From the UHGV virus genome UHGV-0130923: DNA of 11,181 nucleotides; one strand, 5' to 3'. Positions 1-7,290 of the stretch are shown piece after piece. Every line of letters begins with the position of its first letter. Position 1 is the stretch's first letter. The translations under genes were made by a program, and so were the position numbers. This DNA comes from a virus. The notes under the pieces were generated by a model. It was not told the origin of the DNA. It saw only the letters and a program-made list of their open reading frames with translations, and ran no database searches.

Positions 1-1
1 G

Positions 2-124
2 CTGTACGTTTCGCCGATTGTTTCCGGTGAGGTTATCCGTTCCCGTGGCGGCTCCACCTCTGAATTTACGCCGGGATATGTCAAACCCAAGCACTTAGCA
101 TGGCTTTCTGAGGCTTTCGTGTAG
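2..124 (+). CDS. E: Lambda E-like major capsid protein, N-terminal-side fragment of the helper prophage gene (runs off the window start, interrupted by the island)
   Basis: Frame starting at nt 2 reads LYVSPIVSGEVIRSRGGSTSEFTPGYVKPKH, then nine unrelated residues (LAWLSEAFV) and a TAG at 122-124. The conserved part matches lambda gpE residues ~52-82 as I recall them. The reading frame changes character exactly at the direct repeat. Confidence 0.8.
   Translation: MYVSPIVSGEVIRSRGGSTSEFTPGYVKPKHLAWLSEAFV
84..93. other. attL core: left copy of the 10-bp direct repeat AACCCAAGCA
   Basis: Identical 10-mer at 84-93 and 10843-10852, each sitting on the K-P-K-H codons of the split capsid gene. An integrase gene begins ~160 bp inside the left copy. 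Confidence 0.75.
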
Positions 125-202
125 TTGCTGGTTTTTACACTTAATCTTTTGATAATAAAGAATAAGTTTATCTGGTGCTTTCACTGAATTTTCCTCGTTA
201 TC

Positions 203-241
203 TGTGTGTTGCAATCATCTCTGTATTGCAGCTTGTATTGC
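203..241. promoter_or_regulatory. attL arm-type repeats (putative integrase arm-binding sites) overlapping the int leader
   Basis: TGTGTTGCAA (205-214), TGTATTGCAGC (223-233) and TTGTATTGC (233-241). The same TGTATTGCAGC / ATGTATTGCAAC motifs recur at 10745-10769 just inside the right end. Confidence 0.5.
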
Positions 242-256
242 TTTTTGGGGCTAAAA

Positions 257-1492
257 ATGGCTGGCGAGAACAAACTGAGCGACAAAGCGCTTAAAGGATA
301 TCTGGGGAAACCCAGAGAAAAGCAGATCACCATTGCTGATGGAAAGGGGCTTTCTATTCGTGTGAGTACTAAAGGGGCTGTGAGCTTTGTTTTCTTCTAC
401 AGGTTAGCAGGTGGCCGGGCTGCTCCGGTCTGGCTAACGTTGGGTAAATATCCTGATATGTCACTCAAACAGGCAAGGGAAAAGCGCGACGAGTGCCGTG
501 GTTGGTTGGCTGACAAACGTGATCCGCGTATCCAGATTAAGATTCAGGCTGAAGAACGCTTAAAGCCGGTTACAGTGGAGGATGCACTAAATTACTGGTA
601 TGAAAATTACTGTAAGGTGCGTCGTAAAACTCATGCTGTAACGCTTGGCAGATTTCGAAAGCATATCTTTCCCTATATCGGTCATTTGCCCGTAAATGAC
701 ACTCACCTATATGAATGGCTGGACTGTTTTGACCGAATTAAACGTAATGCACCAGTTATGGCGGCGTATGTTTTTTCTGACACTAAATTAGCTCTTCGTT
801 TTTGTCGGGTACGCCAGTACGCGACGTGTGATGCTTTAAAGGATTTGCGCATGAGTGATGTGGGGCAGATTGCAGGTAAGCGGGATCGGGTTCTGGATGA
901 AGCCGAACTCGGCCAGCTCTGGAAGGCAATTTTTGTCGAGCCTGATTTAAAACTAATGTCTGAATACACGCGAAAAATGTTTGTGCTTTGTACAGTATTT
1001 GGATGTCGAATGAGTGAAGCCCGATTATCAGAATGGAGCGAATGGGATCTCGAAAGTTGGGTTTGGACTGTACCAAAAGATCACTCAAAAACTGGTGTTG
1101 AAATCGTCAGACCAGTACCTGAAATTCTACGACAGTGGGTAACGGATGTTCACGAAGAGACAAAACATACTGGTTATGTGCTGGGAAGTCTGCGAATTAG
1201 AGAAAGCGTAAGCAAGATTGGGGGGAAAATCGGTAAACGTTTGGGCCATGAAAAACAATGGTCACTACACGACCTTAGAAGAACGCTATCTACTCATCTA
1301 AGTGATCTCGGTGTTGAATTTTATGTAGTAGAACAACTGTTAGGCCATGCGCTACCTGGCGTGGCAGGTGTTTACAACCGGAGTAAGTTTATGGCTAAAA
1401 AACTGGATGCTCTGGAACTCTGGACTACATATCTCAATAGCATCGCAGGTGCTGATTCAAAAGTGACAATCCTCAAACAAAAGGTTGGTTAA
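257..1492 (+). CDS. int: Tyrosine site-specific integrase, P4-like family
   Basis: ATG at 257 gives MAGENKLSDKALKGYLGKPREKQITIADGKGLSIRVSTKGAVSFVFFYR, a typical P4-type integrase N-terminus. The C-terminus has HDLRRT, LLGHA and GVYNRS, consistent with the catalytic R/H/R/Y signature. The track start at 206 is a GTG extension through the arm repeats and is not preferred. Confidence 0.85.
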   Translation: MAGENKLSDKALKGYLGKPREKQITIADGKGLSIRVSTKGAVSFVFFYRLAGGRAAPVWLTLGKYPDMSLKQAREKRDECRGWLADKRDPRIQIKIQAEERLKPVTVEDALNYWYENYCKVRRKTHAVTLGRFRKHIFPYIGHLPVNDTHLYEWLDCFDRIKRNAPVMAAYVFSDTKLALRFCRVRQYATCDALKDLRMSDVGQIAGKRDRVLDEAELGQLWKAIFVEPDLKLMSEYTRKMFVLCTVFGCRMSEARLSEWSEWDLESWVWTVPKDHSKTGVEIVRPVPEILRQWVTDVHEETKHTGYVLGSLRIRESVSKIGGKIGKRLGHEKQWSLHDLRRTLSTHLSDLGVEFYVVEQLLGHALPGVAGVYNRSKFMAKKLDALELWTTYLNSIAGADSKVTILKQKVG

Positions 1493-1493
1493 C

Positions 1494-1721
1494 ATGAAAA
1501 AAATGGCAATTGTTGATAAAAAGGGTCTGGAGTACATTCCTAACATTGACCGAATGATCCGTGAGAAAGAATGTCGGGAGCTAACCACTCTTGCGAACAG
1601 CACACGCTGGAAGCTGGAGAAGGAAGGAAAATTTCCTAAGCGGATCAAGATTGGTTCCACTGCTGTTGCATATCGTCTTTCAGAAGTGCAGGCATGGATT
1701 CGAGGTGAGTGGGTAGTTTAA
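1494..1721 (+). CDS. alpA: AlpA-family helix-turn-helix protein (putative excisionase or transcriptional regulator)
   Basis: ATG at 1494 lies 2 nt after the int stop with AAGG ~10 nt upstream. The product contains ELTTLANSTRWKLEKEGKFPKRIKIGSTAVAYRLSEVQAWI, which fits the AlpA/Xis-like HTH pattern. Confidence 0.65.
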   Translation: MKKMAIVDKKGLEYIPNIDRMIREKECRELTTLANSTRWKLEKEGKFPKRIKIGSTAVAYRLSEVQAWIRGEWVV

Positions 1722-1746
1722 ATTATCTCAGAATAAAATATTATGA

Positions 1747-1782
1747 ATTACTGATTTGAGAATTTGTACTCAAATCAGTAAT
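1747..1782. terminator. Bidirectional intrinsic terminator hairpin between convergent genes
   Basis: 14-bp perfect inverted repeat ATTACTGATTTGAG / CTCAAATCAGTAAT (1747-1760 and 1769-1782) with an 8-nt loop and AT-rich flanks. It sits between the end of the plus-strand alpA-like gene and the end of the minus-strand membrane-protein gene. Confidence 0.6.
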
Positions 1783-1821
1783 AACATTCTTTATAAGAGA
1801 TTAAATCCAAATAAAGAGTAA

Positions 1822-2328
1822 TCATATACCGGGGTGCATTGCATCCCACTGAATATGCTGATGTTTTTTTTCTGTTTCTATCCTTTTTTCAATAAGTTGT
1901 TGTATATTTTTACAGTACAATTTGTGTGTGATGTTATTATCGTAAGCCTGATATAGCAACGTCAATGTTGATGCTATGAAACATGCAGAAAGAAAATGAA
2001 CTAGTACATGTGAGCGTTTTTTGGTTGTCCATGATGCATTCGCTTGTGAAATATAAATCATTCTGAGAATGATAATGATGATAGACAGTAACAGACCACT
2101 CAATAAAATAAGTATTGGGTTTGCGTATTTAATTAATGGTTGAGAGCAAAAAACTATTATAGCTCCTGTGACTGCGTATGAGAAAAAGGAGTAATTAAAC
2201 TTCTTACTCCTTCTCTCAAGTATTTTAATTTCATCTTGTGTGGGGGTTTTAGATGCCTCTAATATAAGTTTATTAAATGTTTCTGTTATCTTGTTTTTTG
2301 TGTTTGTGGCTATTTTTTTTAGATTCAT
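1822..2328 (-). CDS. Hypothetical membrane protein, about three predicted transmembrane helices (AT-rich accessory cargo)
   Basis: 168-aa ORF with a AAGGGAG ribosome-binding site upstream of the ATG. Hydrophobic stretches FFSYAVTGAIIVFCSQPL, ILILLSGLLLSIIIIIL and VLVHFLSACFIASTLTLL. The gene and its flanks (about 1722-2640) are visibly more AT-rich than the rest of the island. Confidence 0.55.
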   Translation of the reverse strand: MNLKKIATNTKNKITETFNKLILEASKTPTQDEIKILERRSKKFNYSFFSYAVTGAIIVFCSQPLIKYANPILILLSGLLLSIIIIILRMIYISQANASWTTKKRSHVLVHFLSACFIASTLTLLYQAYDNNITHKLYCKNIQQLIEKRIETEKKHQHIQWDAMHPGI

Positions 2329-2678
2329 AGCATTCTAACTCCCTTAACTTATTTATTACTTTCTCTTTATGATAAGAGAGGGGAATGACTTGGTAAAGTG
2401 ATTTGTCATTAATAATGATAATCCTTGCGATAAATATTTCTGCAAGTTATTTACCTGTTTGTTGCTATCTTGTTAAGCGTTGGGTGTGGTTTATGTTTGG
2501 AGCGACTTTATTTAATCGTGATTTTATGGATTTATATTTATATCCTGTAAGATAAGCGCATGTTAGTTCAGGAGTAGTGTCAGATAAAATTATTCGGAGT
2601 AGAACTACCTTTTCTGTTTATTGCCAGTATTTACATAGCAATGCGCCGTAGTTACTCACATCACGGCGCTGATACTAA

Positions 2679-2981
2679 TTATTCAGATTCTTTGGCTTTA
2701 CGCCGCTGGAGTTCTTCACGAGCGACGGCTACGAGTTGCCCGATTTCCTCCGCTGCCTTGATGCCGATTTGTTCGACCTTAGCTAAGGCATCCAGTGAAG
2801 ACACGAGGGGATTTTCTCCGCTTCCTTCTGCCTGGCGGCGGGCGATCTCACCGCGCATGGCGGTTACTATGAATCCGGCGTTGCTTTCGCCGTCCAGTTT
2901 TACGGATTCCATGCCCTCCATAACATCGTGGGGAACCCTGATCGTTGTCATTTGCGATTTTGCATTTTTGTATACAGACAT
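2679..2981 (-). CDS. YlcI/YnfO-family (DUF3950-like) small protein, candidate island regulator
   Basis: 100-aa ORF. The segment TTIRVPHDVMEGMESVKLDGESNAGFIVTAMRGEIARR parallels the pattern of E. coli prophage YlcI (IRFPNQMIEQINIALDQKGSGNFSAWVIEACRRR) as recalled from memory. It is transcribed divergently from the plus-strand operon. Confidence 0.55.
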   Translation of the reverse strand: MSVYKNAKSQMTTIRVPHDVMEGMESVKLDGESNAGFIVTAMRGEIARRQAEGSGENPLVSSLDALAKVEQIGIKAAEEIGQLVAVAREELQRRKAKESE

Positions 2982-3001
2982 AGTTAATCACCAATTTGTT
3001 A

Positions 3002-3104
3002 TGTGTATATCACTATACACAAAAGTGAGATATAAAAACACTTGCAATGTATATCACCACAATATAATGTATATCTCACATTATGGTCGCTATGTATCTC
3101 ACAA
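3002..3104. promoter_or_regulatory. Divergent promoter/operator region with repeated TGTATATC(A/T)CAC-like sites
   Basis: Inverted repeat TGTGTATA-TCAC-TATACACA at 3002-3021, with related copies at 3026-3035 (inverted), 3048-3059, 3068-3081 and 3092-3104, in the AT-rich gap between the two divergent genes. Confidence 0.5.
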
Positions 3105-3189
3105 TGATCGATTCATAAAAACGACGAAACCCGGCAGTGCGCGAACACTAACCGGGCTTCTAACCAAACCGTTAAACGAGGTAACGATT

Positions 3190-3555
3190 ATGGCTGGAAC
3201 ACAGCATACCCAAACTCACCCTAAATTTATATACACCTTTGTGGCACTACACCACGACCGCATGGCAGATGGAGCAACTACGGTACATGTTGCCGCTGAC
3301 ACGCTGGTTGATGCCCGCAAGATGGTTAAGGAGATGGGCTATACTGCGGCTTTCTGGAAAGGGCGTGAAGAAAACACGCTGTTTATTCAGAAATGCGAAA
3401 ACAATTTCATCTGGCGTTTTATCGCCCTGAGCACCGCACAACCACGCGTAATACACATCGTGGCCACCAGCGAACAGGAAGCCCGCCAGCAATCCCCGGC
3501 TGGTTGCGTGATGGTATTCGCCGCCCGTATTCGTCAGGAGGTATGCCGTGCTTAA
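3190..3555 (+). CDS. Hypothetical protein, first gene of the plus-strand early operon
   Basis: ATG at 3190 preceded by GAGGT at 3179-3183. This is the in-frame internal start of track ORF 2641..3555, whose upstream part overlaps the opposite-strand gene and the operator region. Confidence 0.5.
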   Translation: MAGTQHTQTHPKFIYTFVALHHDRMADGATTVHVAADTLVDARKMVKEMGYTAAFWKGREENTLFIQKCENNFIWRFIALSTAQPRVIHIVATSEQEARQQSPAGCVMVFAARIRQEVCRA

Positions 3556-3733
3556 AACCTTCCGTGTATTTGCCCGAGCGGTTAACCCACGAGGCCACAC
3601 AATTGGTATCACTCAGAACGTGAAGGCTGTTAATGTTCAGACGGCTATTGCTGCGGTGAGAAGCGAATCATCAGAATATGGCTTATCACAAGTTATTATT
3701 TCAGCAGTGTATGAATTAAAAGAGGTGCATTAA
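3548..3733 (+). CDS. Hypothetical small protein
   Basis: GTG start at 3548 with a strong AGGAGG at 3535-3540, overlapping the upstream stop (translational coupling). Confidence 0.45.
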   Translation: MLKTFRVFARAVNPRGHTIGITQNVKAVNVQTAIAAVRSESSEYGLSQVIISAVYELKEVH

Positions 3734-3924
3734 TGCAGGAAATTACATTACACGAAGCCGCTGAACGTGCGCACCAGACAGAGATTATTTGCCGCCTTCT
3801 TGAGGTATACCCGAACAAAATTACAGATGCTGATATATCCGCACTGGCGAGCCTACTGGCGCGTCTCTCTGGAGGGGTGGCTGCGTGGTTGCAGGAAGAG
3901 GAAGAAAAACGCAATGAGCAATAA
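3733..3924 (+). CDS. Hypothetical small protein
   Basis: ATG overlaps the previous stop (TAATG) with AGAGG upstream; 63 aa with an acidic C-terminus. Confidence 0.45.
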   Translation: MQEITLHEAAERAHQTEIICRLLEVYPNKITDADISALASLLARLSGGVAAWLQEEEEKRNEQ

Positions 3925-4156
3925 CAAACGCGTAATTTGCGAATTGAATGAACTCACACAAAGCGCAATATCTTACAACAATGCCGTAAGTGAGATTATT
4001 AACGTCTGGTTTGAATCGCTGACAAATTACGAGCGTGACGAGTCAACGGCAAGATTAACCTTTGCCATTTCTGAATTACTGGATATTTCCACCAGCAAGA
4101 TAAACAGAGCATTAGAAAAAATTCACGAATTAAAACACCACACAAACGGAATTTAA
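3914..4156 (+). CDS. Hypothetical small protein
   Basis: Internal ATG at 3914 (MSNNKRVICELNELTQ...) with a purine-rich GGAAGAGGAAG upstream, overlapping the previous gene by 11 nt. The upstream part of track ORF 3767..4156 is Arg-rich and embedded out of frame in the previous gene, so it is not preferred. Confidence 0.4.
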   Translation: MSNNKRVICELNELTQSAISYNNAVSEIINVWFESLTNYERDESTARLTFAISELLDISTSKINRALEKIHELKHHTNGI

Positions 4157-4160
4157 TTAT

Positions 4161-4340
4161 ATGGGAATGAAAAATACTGGTGTTAATGCCAGCGGCCCCG
4201 CTCGTCCTGAATTTATGAACGGCGATATTTACCGTGATAAATACGGCGGCACGGTAACGATTAAAGGCGTGGCAGAACGGCGTATCACTTACCGCTGTGA
4301 AGGCACGGGCAAACATCCAGAAAATGAAAAACATGCTTAA
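4161..4340 (+). CDS. Hypothetical small protein (59 aa, just below the track cutoff)
   Basis: ORF MGMKNTGVNASGPARPEFMNGDIYRDKYGGTVTIKGVAERRITYRCEGTGKHPENEKHA fills the gap before the primase gene on the same strand. No clear ribosome-binding site. Confidence 0.3.
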   Translation: MGMKNTGVNASGPARPEFMNGDIYRDKYGGTVTIKGVAERRITYRCEGTGKHPENEKHA

Positions 4341-4358
4341 CGGATTCAGGGGGCAAAA

Positions 4359-6110
4359 ATGAAGAGCGCACCGAACCTAAAAAAACAGCCGCGCGACAAG
4401 ATGACAGAAGTTATTATTTTTGCGGGTAGTGATGCGTGGAGCCATGCGAAAGAGTGGCAGGAATGGGCGGGTAAACATATTGCCGCCGACGATGTGCCGC
4501 CTGTCGTGCTGGCTGATGAGCAACTGAAAAATATCACCGATTACCGGATCATTGATGAAGATCGTCAGTGTGTGCGTGTTTACCGCGCAGGACATATCAC
4601 AGAGCACAGCATGACGCAGATTGTTACGTTACTGGCTGTGGCTGGAGTGAAGACCGTACACGAATACGCGGGGATTACTGACACCAGCCCCGTGGATTTA
4701 TCCGACCAGTTGCCGCGACTCAAAGAGGAATGCGAGCGTGGGGAAAGTCTGGTGCTTAATCTTCCGACGAAGCAAAAGGCGCAACTTTCACAGATGGCAG
4801 ACAGTGAACGTGCACAACTACTTGCCGATCGCTTTGATGGTGTGTGTGTTCATGCAGAAAGTGAAATCGTCCACGTATGGCGCGGCGGGGTATGGTGTCC
4901 GGTCAGCACAATGGAGCTGAGCCGCGAAATGGTGGCGATCTATTCAGAGCACAGGGCCACATTCAGCAAGCGTGCAATTAATAACGCCGTGGAGGCGTTA
5001 AAAGTTATTGCCGACCCCATGGGGGAGCCGTCCGGTGATTTGCTACCGTTCGCCAATGGTGTGCTTGACCTGAAAACGGGGGAATTTTCCCCGCACTCGC
5101 CGGAGAACTGGATCACCACGCACAACGGCATTGAGTACACGCCACCAGCACCAGGGGAGAACATCCGCGACAACGCGCCAAACTTTCATAAATGGCTTGA
5201 TCACGCAGCCGGAAAAGACCCACGCAAGATGATGCGTATATGTGCCGCGCTGTACATGATTATGGCGAACCGGTACGACTGGCAGATGTTTATTGAGGCC
5301 ACCGGAGACGGCGGGAGCGGAAAGAGTACATTCACGCACATAGCCAGCCTTCTGGCAGGGAAACAGAACACGGTAAGCGCTGAAATGACTTCGCTTGATG
5401 ATGCTGGTGGGCGTGCTCAGGTTGTCGGGAGTCGTCTTATCGTCCTGGCTGACCAGCCGAAATATACAGGCGAAGGCACGGGCATCAAGAAAATCACGGG
5501 CGGCGACCCCGTGGAAATAAACCCGAAATATGAAAAGCGTTTTACGGCGGTAATCAGGGCGGTGGTGCTGGCTACCAACAATAACCCGATGATATTCACC
5601 GAACGGGCCGGAGGTGTGTCACGTCGTCGCGTAATTTTCCGCTTCGACAATATCGTTAGCGAGGCAGAAAAGGACAAGGATTTACCGGAGAAGGTCGCGG
5701 CTGAAATCCCCGTGATTATCCGCAGATTGCTGGCAAACTTTGCTGATCCAGAAAAGGCGCGACATTTGTTGATTGAACAGCGCGACGGTGAAGAAGCACT
5801 GGCGATAAAGCAACAGACGGATCCGGTTATTGAGTTTTGCCAGTTTCTGAATTTTCTGGAGGAAGCGCGCGGCCTGATGATGGGTGGCGGTGGCGATTCC
5901 GTGAAGTACACGACCAGAAACAGCCTTTACCGCGTCTATCTGGCGTTTATGGCATACGCAGGCAGAAGCAAGCCGCTAAACGTGGCTGATTTCAGCAAGG
6001 CCATGAAGCCAGCGGCGAAAGTTTACGGATGTGAATATATAACGCGCAGGGTTAAAGGACTTACGCAAACCAATGTGACAACAACAGAGGATTGCGACGC
6101 GTTTTTATAA
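4359..6110 (+). CDS. Primase-helicase family replication protein (P4 alpha C-terminal / D5-like NTPase)
   Basis: 583 aa with a Walker A P-loop GDGGSGKST and a downstream hydrophobic strand ending in acidic residues (RLIVLADQP), Walker B-like. AGGGGG ribosome-binding site before the ATG at 4359. An iteron array lies immediately downstream. Confidence 0.75.
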   Translation: MKSAPNLKKQPRDKMTEVIIFAGSDAWSHAKEWQEWAGKHIAADDVPPVVLADEQLKNITDYRIIDEDRQCVRVYRAGHITEHSMTQIVTLLAVAGVKTVHEYAGITDTSPVDLSDQLPRLKEECERGESLVLNLPTKQKAQLSQMADSERAQLLADRFDGVCVHAESEIVHVWRGGVWCPVSTMELSREMVAIYSEHRATFSKRAINNAVEALKVIADPMGEPSGDLLPFANGVLDLKTGEFSPHSPENWITTHNGIEYTPPAPGENIRDNAPNFHKWLDHAAGKDPRKMMRICAALYMIMANRYDWQMFIEATGDGGSGKSTFTHIASLLAGKQNTVSAEMTSLDDAGGRAQVVGSRLIVLADQPKYTGEGTGIKKITGGDPVEINPKYEKRFTAVIRAVVLATNNNPMIFTERAGGVSRRRVIFRFDNIVSEAEKDKDLPEKVAAEIPVIIRRLLANFADPEKARHLLIEQRDGEEALAIKQQTDPVIEFCQFLNFLEEARGLMMGGGGDSVKYTTRNSLYRVYLAFMAYAGRSKPLNVADFSKAMKPAAKVYGCEYITRRVKGLTQTNVTTTEDCDAFL

Positions 6111-6120
6111 TTTTAGACAA

Positions 6121-6353
6121 AAGCCCTCTACCTCCTCTACCTAAAGAAAATAAATATATATTATTCAATATGATAAGCAGGTAGAGGGCTAGGTAGAAGG
6201 CAAATAAAAGCCCTCTACCTCCTCCACCATGATTAAGGTCATTTGTGAGGGGCGGGTAGAGGATGGGTAGAGGGCCCCGAAAGCCCTCTACCCATCTGAA
6301 AGCCGCGCCATTACTGACCTGAAAGATGATTAGGTAGAGAGGTAGAGGAGGTG
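6121..6353. repeat. Iteron array, putative island origin of replication
   Basis: About 11 copies of CCTCTACC / GGTAGAGG in alternating orientation (for example 6124-6141, 6180-6200, 6210-6227, 6254-6274, 6284-6293, 6333-6351), with an AT-rich stretch at 6142-6180, directly after the primase-helicase gene. Confidence 0.65.
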
Positions 6354-6396
6354 CACCACATTTCAAAACTTTTTAAACGAGGGGGTAAAAATAAAA

Positions 6397-6654
6397 ATGC
6401 ACACATCAGGAAAACTGAACAAACATATAAAGCCACATTACCGCGCCCTTGATATGGCTGAACACTGGCTAAGGGTGGCGATTAAGGCAATAGATCGCAA
6501 CGCCGGGGAAGGATACGCGAAAGCACATCCCGAACTGATAAGCGCATTCATGACAACGGCGGCTGCAAACTTTGCCACGCTGACCGAACGGGAGATTGCC
6601 GAAGCGGAGGAAGTGACAACCATCAATATTAAGTCCGGAGAGCAGGCAGCATGA
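6397..6654 (+). CDS. Hypothetical protein
   Basis: 85-aa ORF with GAGGGGG upstream; its stop overlaps the start of the SSB-like gene (ATGA). Confidence 0.45.
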   Translation: MHTSGKLNKHIKPHYRALDMAEHWLRVAIKAIDRNAGEGYAKAHPELISAFMTTAAANFATLTEREIAEAEEVTTINIKSGEQAA

Positions 6655-7073
6655 CGGCGCAAATATCAGTTTACGGGAGGTTGGTGGACGACCCGCAGAC
6701 AAAACAGACCAGCAAGGGCATCCCCATGACGCTGGCGCGTATGGCGGTATCACTGCCCTGCAGTCAGTCGGATGACGGTCAGGCGACGATGTGGTTATCT
6801 GTCCTGGCGTTTGGCAGACAAGCCGACACGCTGGCAAAGCATCACAAAGGCGAACTCCTGAGCGTGGCGGGTAACATGCAGGTGAGCCAGTGGACTGGAC
6901 AGAACGGTGAAACGCGGCAGGGCTGGCAGGTTATCGCAGACAGTGTAATCAGTGCCAGAACGGCGCGACCGGGCGGCAAAAAAGGTCAACAGGGCCAGGC
7001 TACTGACGCACTGAACAGGGCAAAACAACAGTCGGGGAATGATGATCCGTACGGCGATAATATACCGTTTTAA
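6651..7073 (+). CDS. ssb: Single-stranded DNA-binding protein-like (OB fold with an acidic C-terminal tail)
   Basis: 140 aa. The N-terminus ISVYGRLVDDPQ and the spaced W/G/F pattern resemble SSB OB folds, followed by a Gly/Gln-rich linker. The C-terminal DDPYGDNIPF resembles the E. coli SSB tail DFDDDIPF. Confidence 0.6.
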   Translation: MTAQISVYGRLVDDPQTKQTSKGIPMTLARMAVSLPCSQSDDGQATMWLSVLAFGRQADTLAKHHKGELLSVAGNMQVSQWTGQNGETRQGWQVIADSVISARTARPGGKKGQQGQATDALNRAKQQSGNDDPYGDNIPF

Positions 7074-7090
7074 ATTCTGAAAATAAAAAA

Positions 7091-7119
7091 ATGCCGGAAG
7101 AAAATAGATTTTCCGGCAT
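7091..7119. terminator. Hairpin at the boundary between the replication and capsid modules
   Basis: ATGCCGGAA / TTCCGGCAT 9-bp stem with an 11-nt loop. The A-run before it means the U-tract is on the minus strand, so as an intrinsic terminator it would act on leftward transcription; for the plus strand it is only a hairpin. Confidence 0.35.
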
Positions 7120-7290
7120 GCTACATAAATCCCGACCAAAGGAAGTAAATACATTAACACGAATTATCAGCACTGAAGTTGTCACGGCAGATTTTATACA
7201 ACATTGCACTTGGTTGCATGTATTCGCATAGCAAATATCGGTGATAGCATATATCCACAATCATTTTTAATGAATGCAAAGAGGATGCGT

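Noticed and set aside
1-130. tRNA or tmRNA integration target at the island ends
   Set aside because: P4-like integrases usually insert in tRNA genes, so I looked. Both flanks are protein-coding capsid sequence and no cloverleaf-like structure was found.
703-1088. Minus-strand ORFs inside the integrase gene (703..969, 783..1088)
   Set aside because: Shadow ORFs antisense to a well-supported gene.
2643-2669. GC-rich hairpin GCGCCGT...ACGGCGC after the YlcI-like gene as its terminator
   Set aside because: On the minus strand it is not followed by a U-tract, so it is at best a weak or Rho-dependent signal.
2641-3555. 304-aa plus-strand ORF spanning the YlcI-like gene region and the operator region
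   Set aside because: Its upstream part is antisense to the minus-strand gene and runs through the AT-rich operator region. The in-frame ATG at 3190 has a good ribosome-binding site, so only 3190..3555 is called.
3767-4156. 129-aa ORF with an Arg-rich N-terminal extension
   Set aside because: The extension is embedded out of frame within 3733..3924 and looks like a frame artefact. The internal ATG at 3914 gives a compact gene with translational coupling.
4377-5911. Minus-strand and out-of-frame ORFs inside the primase-helicase gene (4377..4607, 4738..4920, 4940..5173, 5043..5339, 5417..5911)
   Set aside because: All overlap the strongly supported primase-helicase gene and have Arg/Ser-rich compositions typical of shadow frames.
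6121-6353. Possible CRISPR array
   Set aside because: The repeat units are only 8-9 bp, occur in both orientations and lack regular spacers. This is iteron-like, not CRISPR.
6061-6366. Minus-strand 101-aa ORF with Gly- and Leu-rich low-complexity product
   Set aside because: It lies on the iteron array; the repeats create an artificial open frame.
7204-7290. Upstream extension of the capsid-homolog ORF (start at 7204)
   Set aside because: Homology to gpE begins at the Met at 7291, which has a good ribosome-binding site. The upstream 29 codons have no counterpart in gpE.
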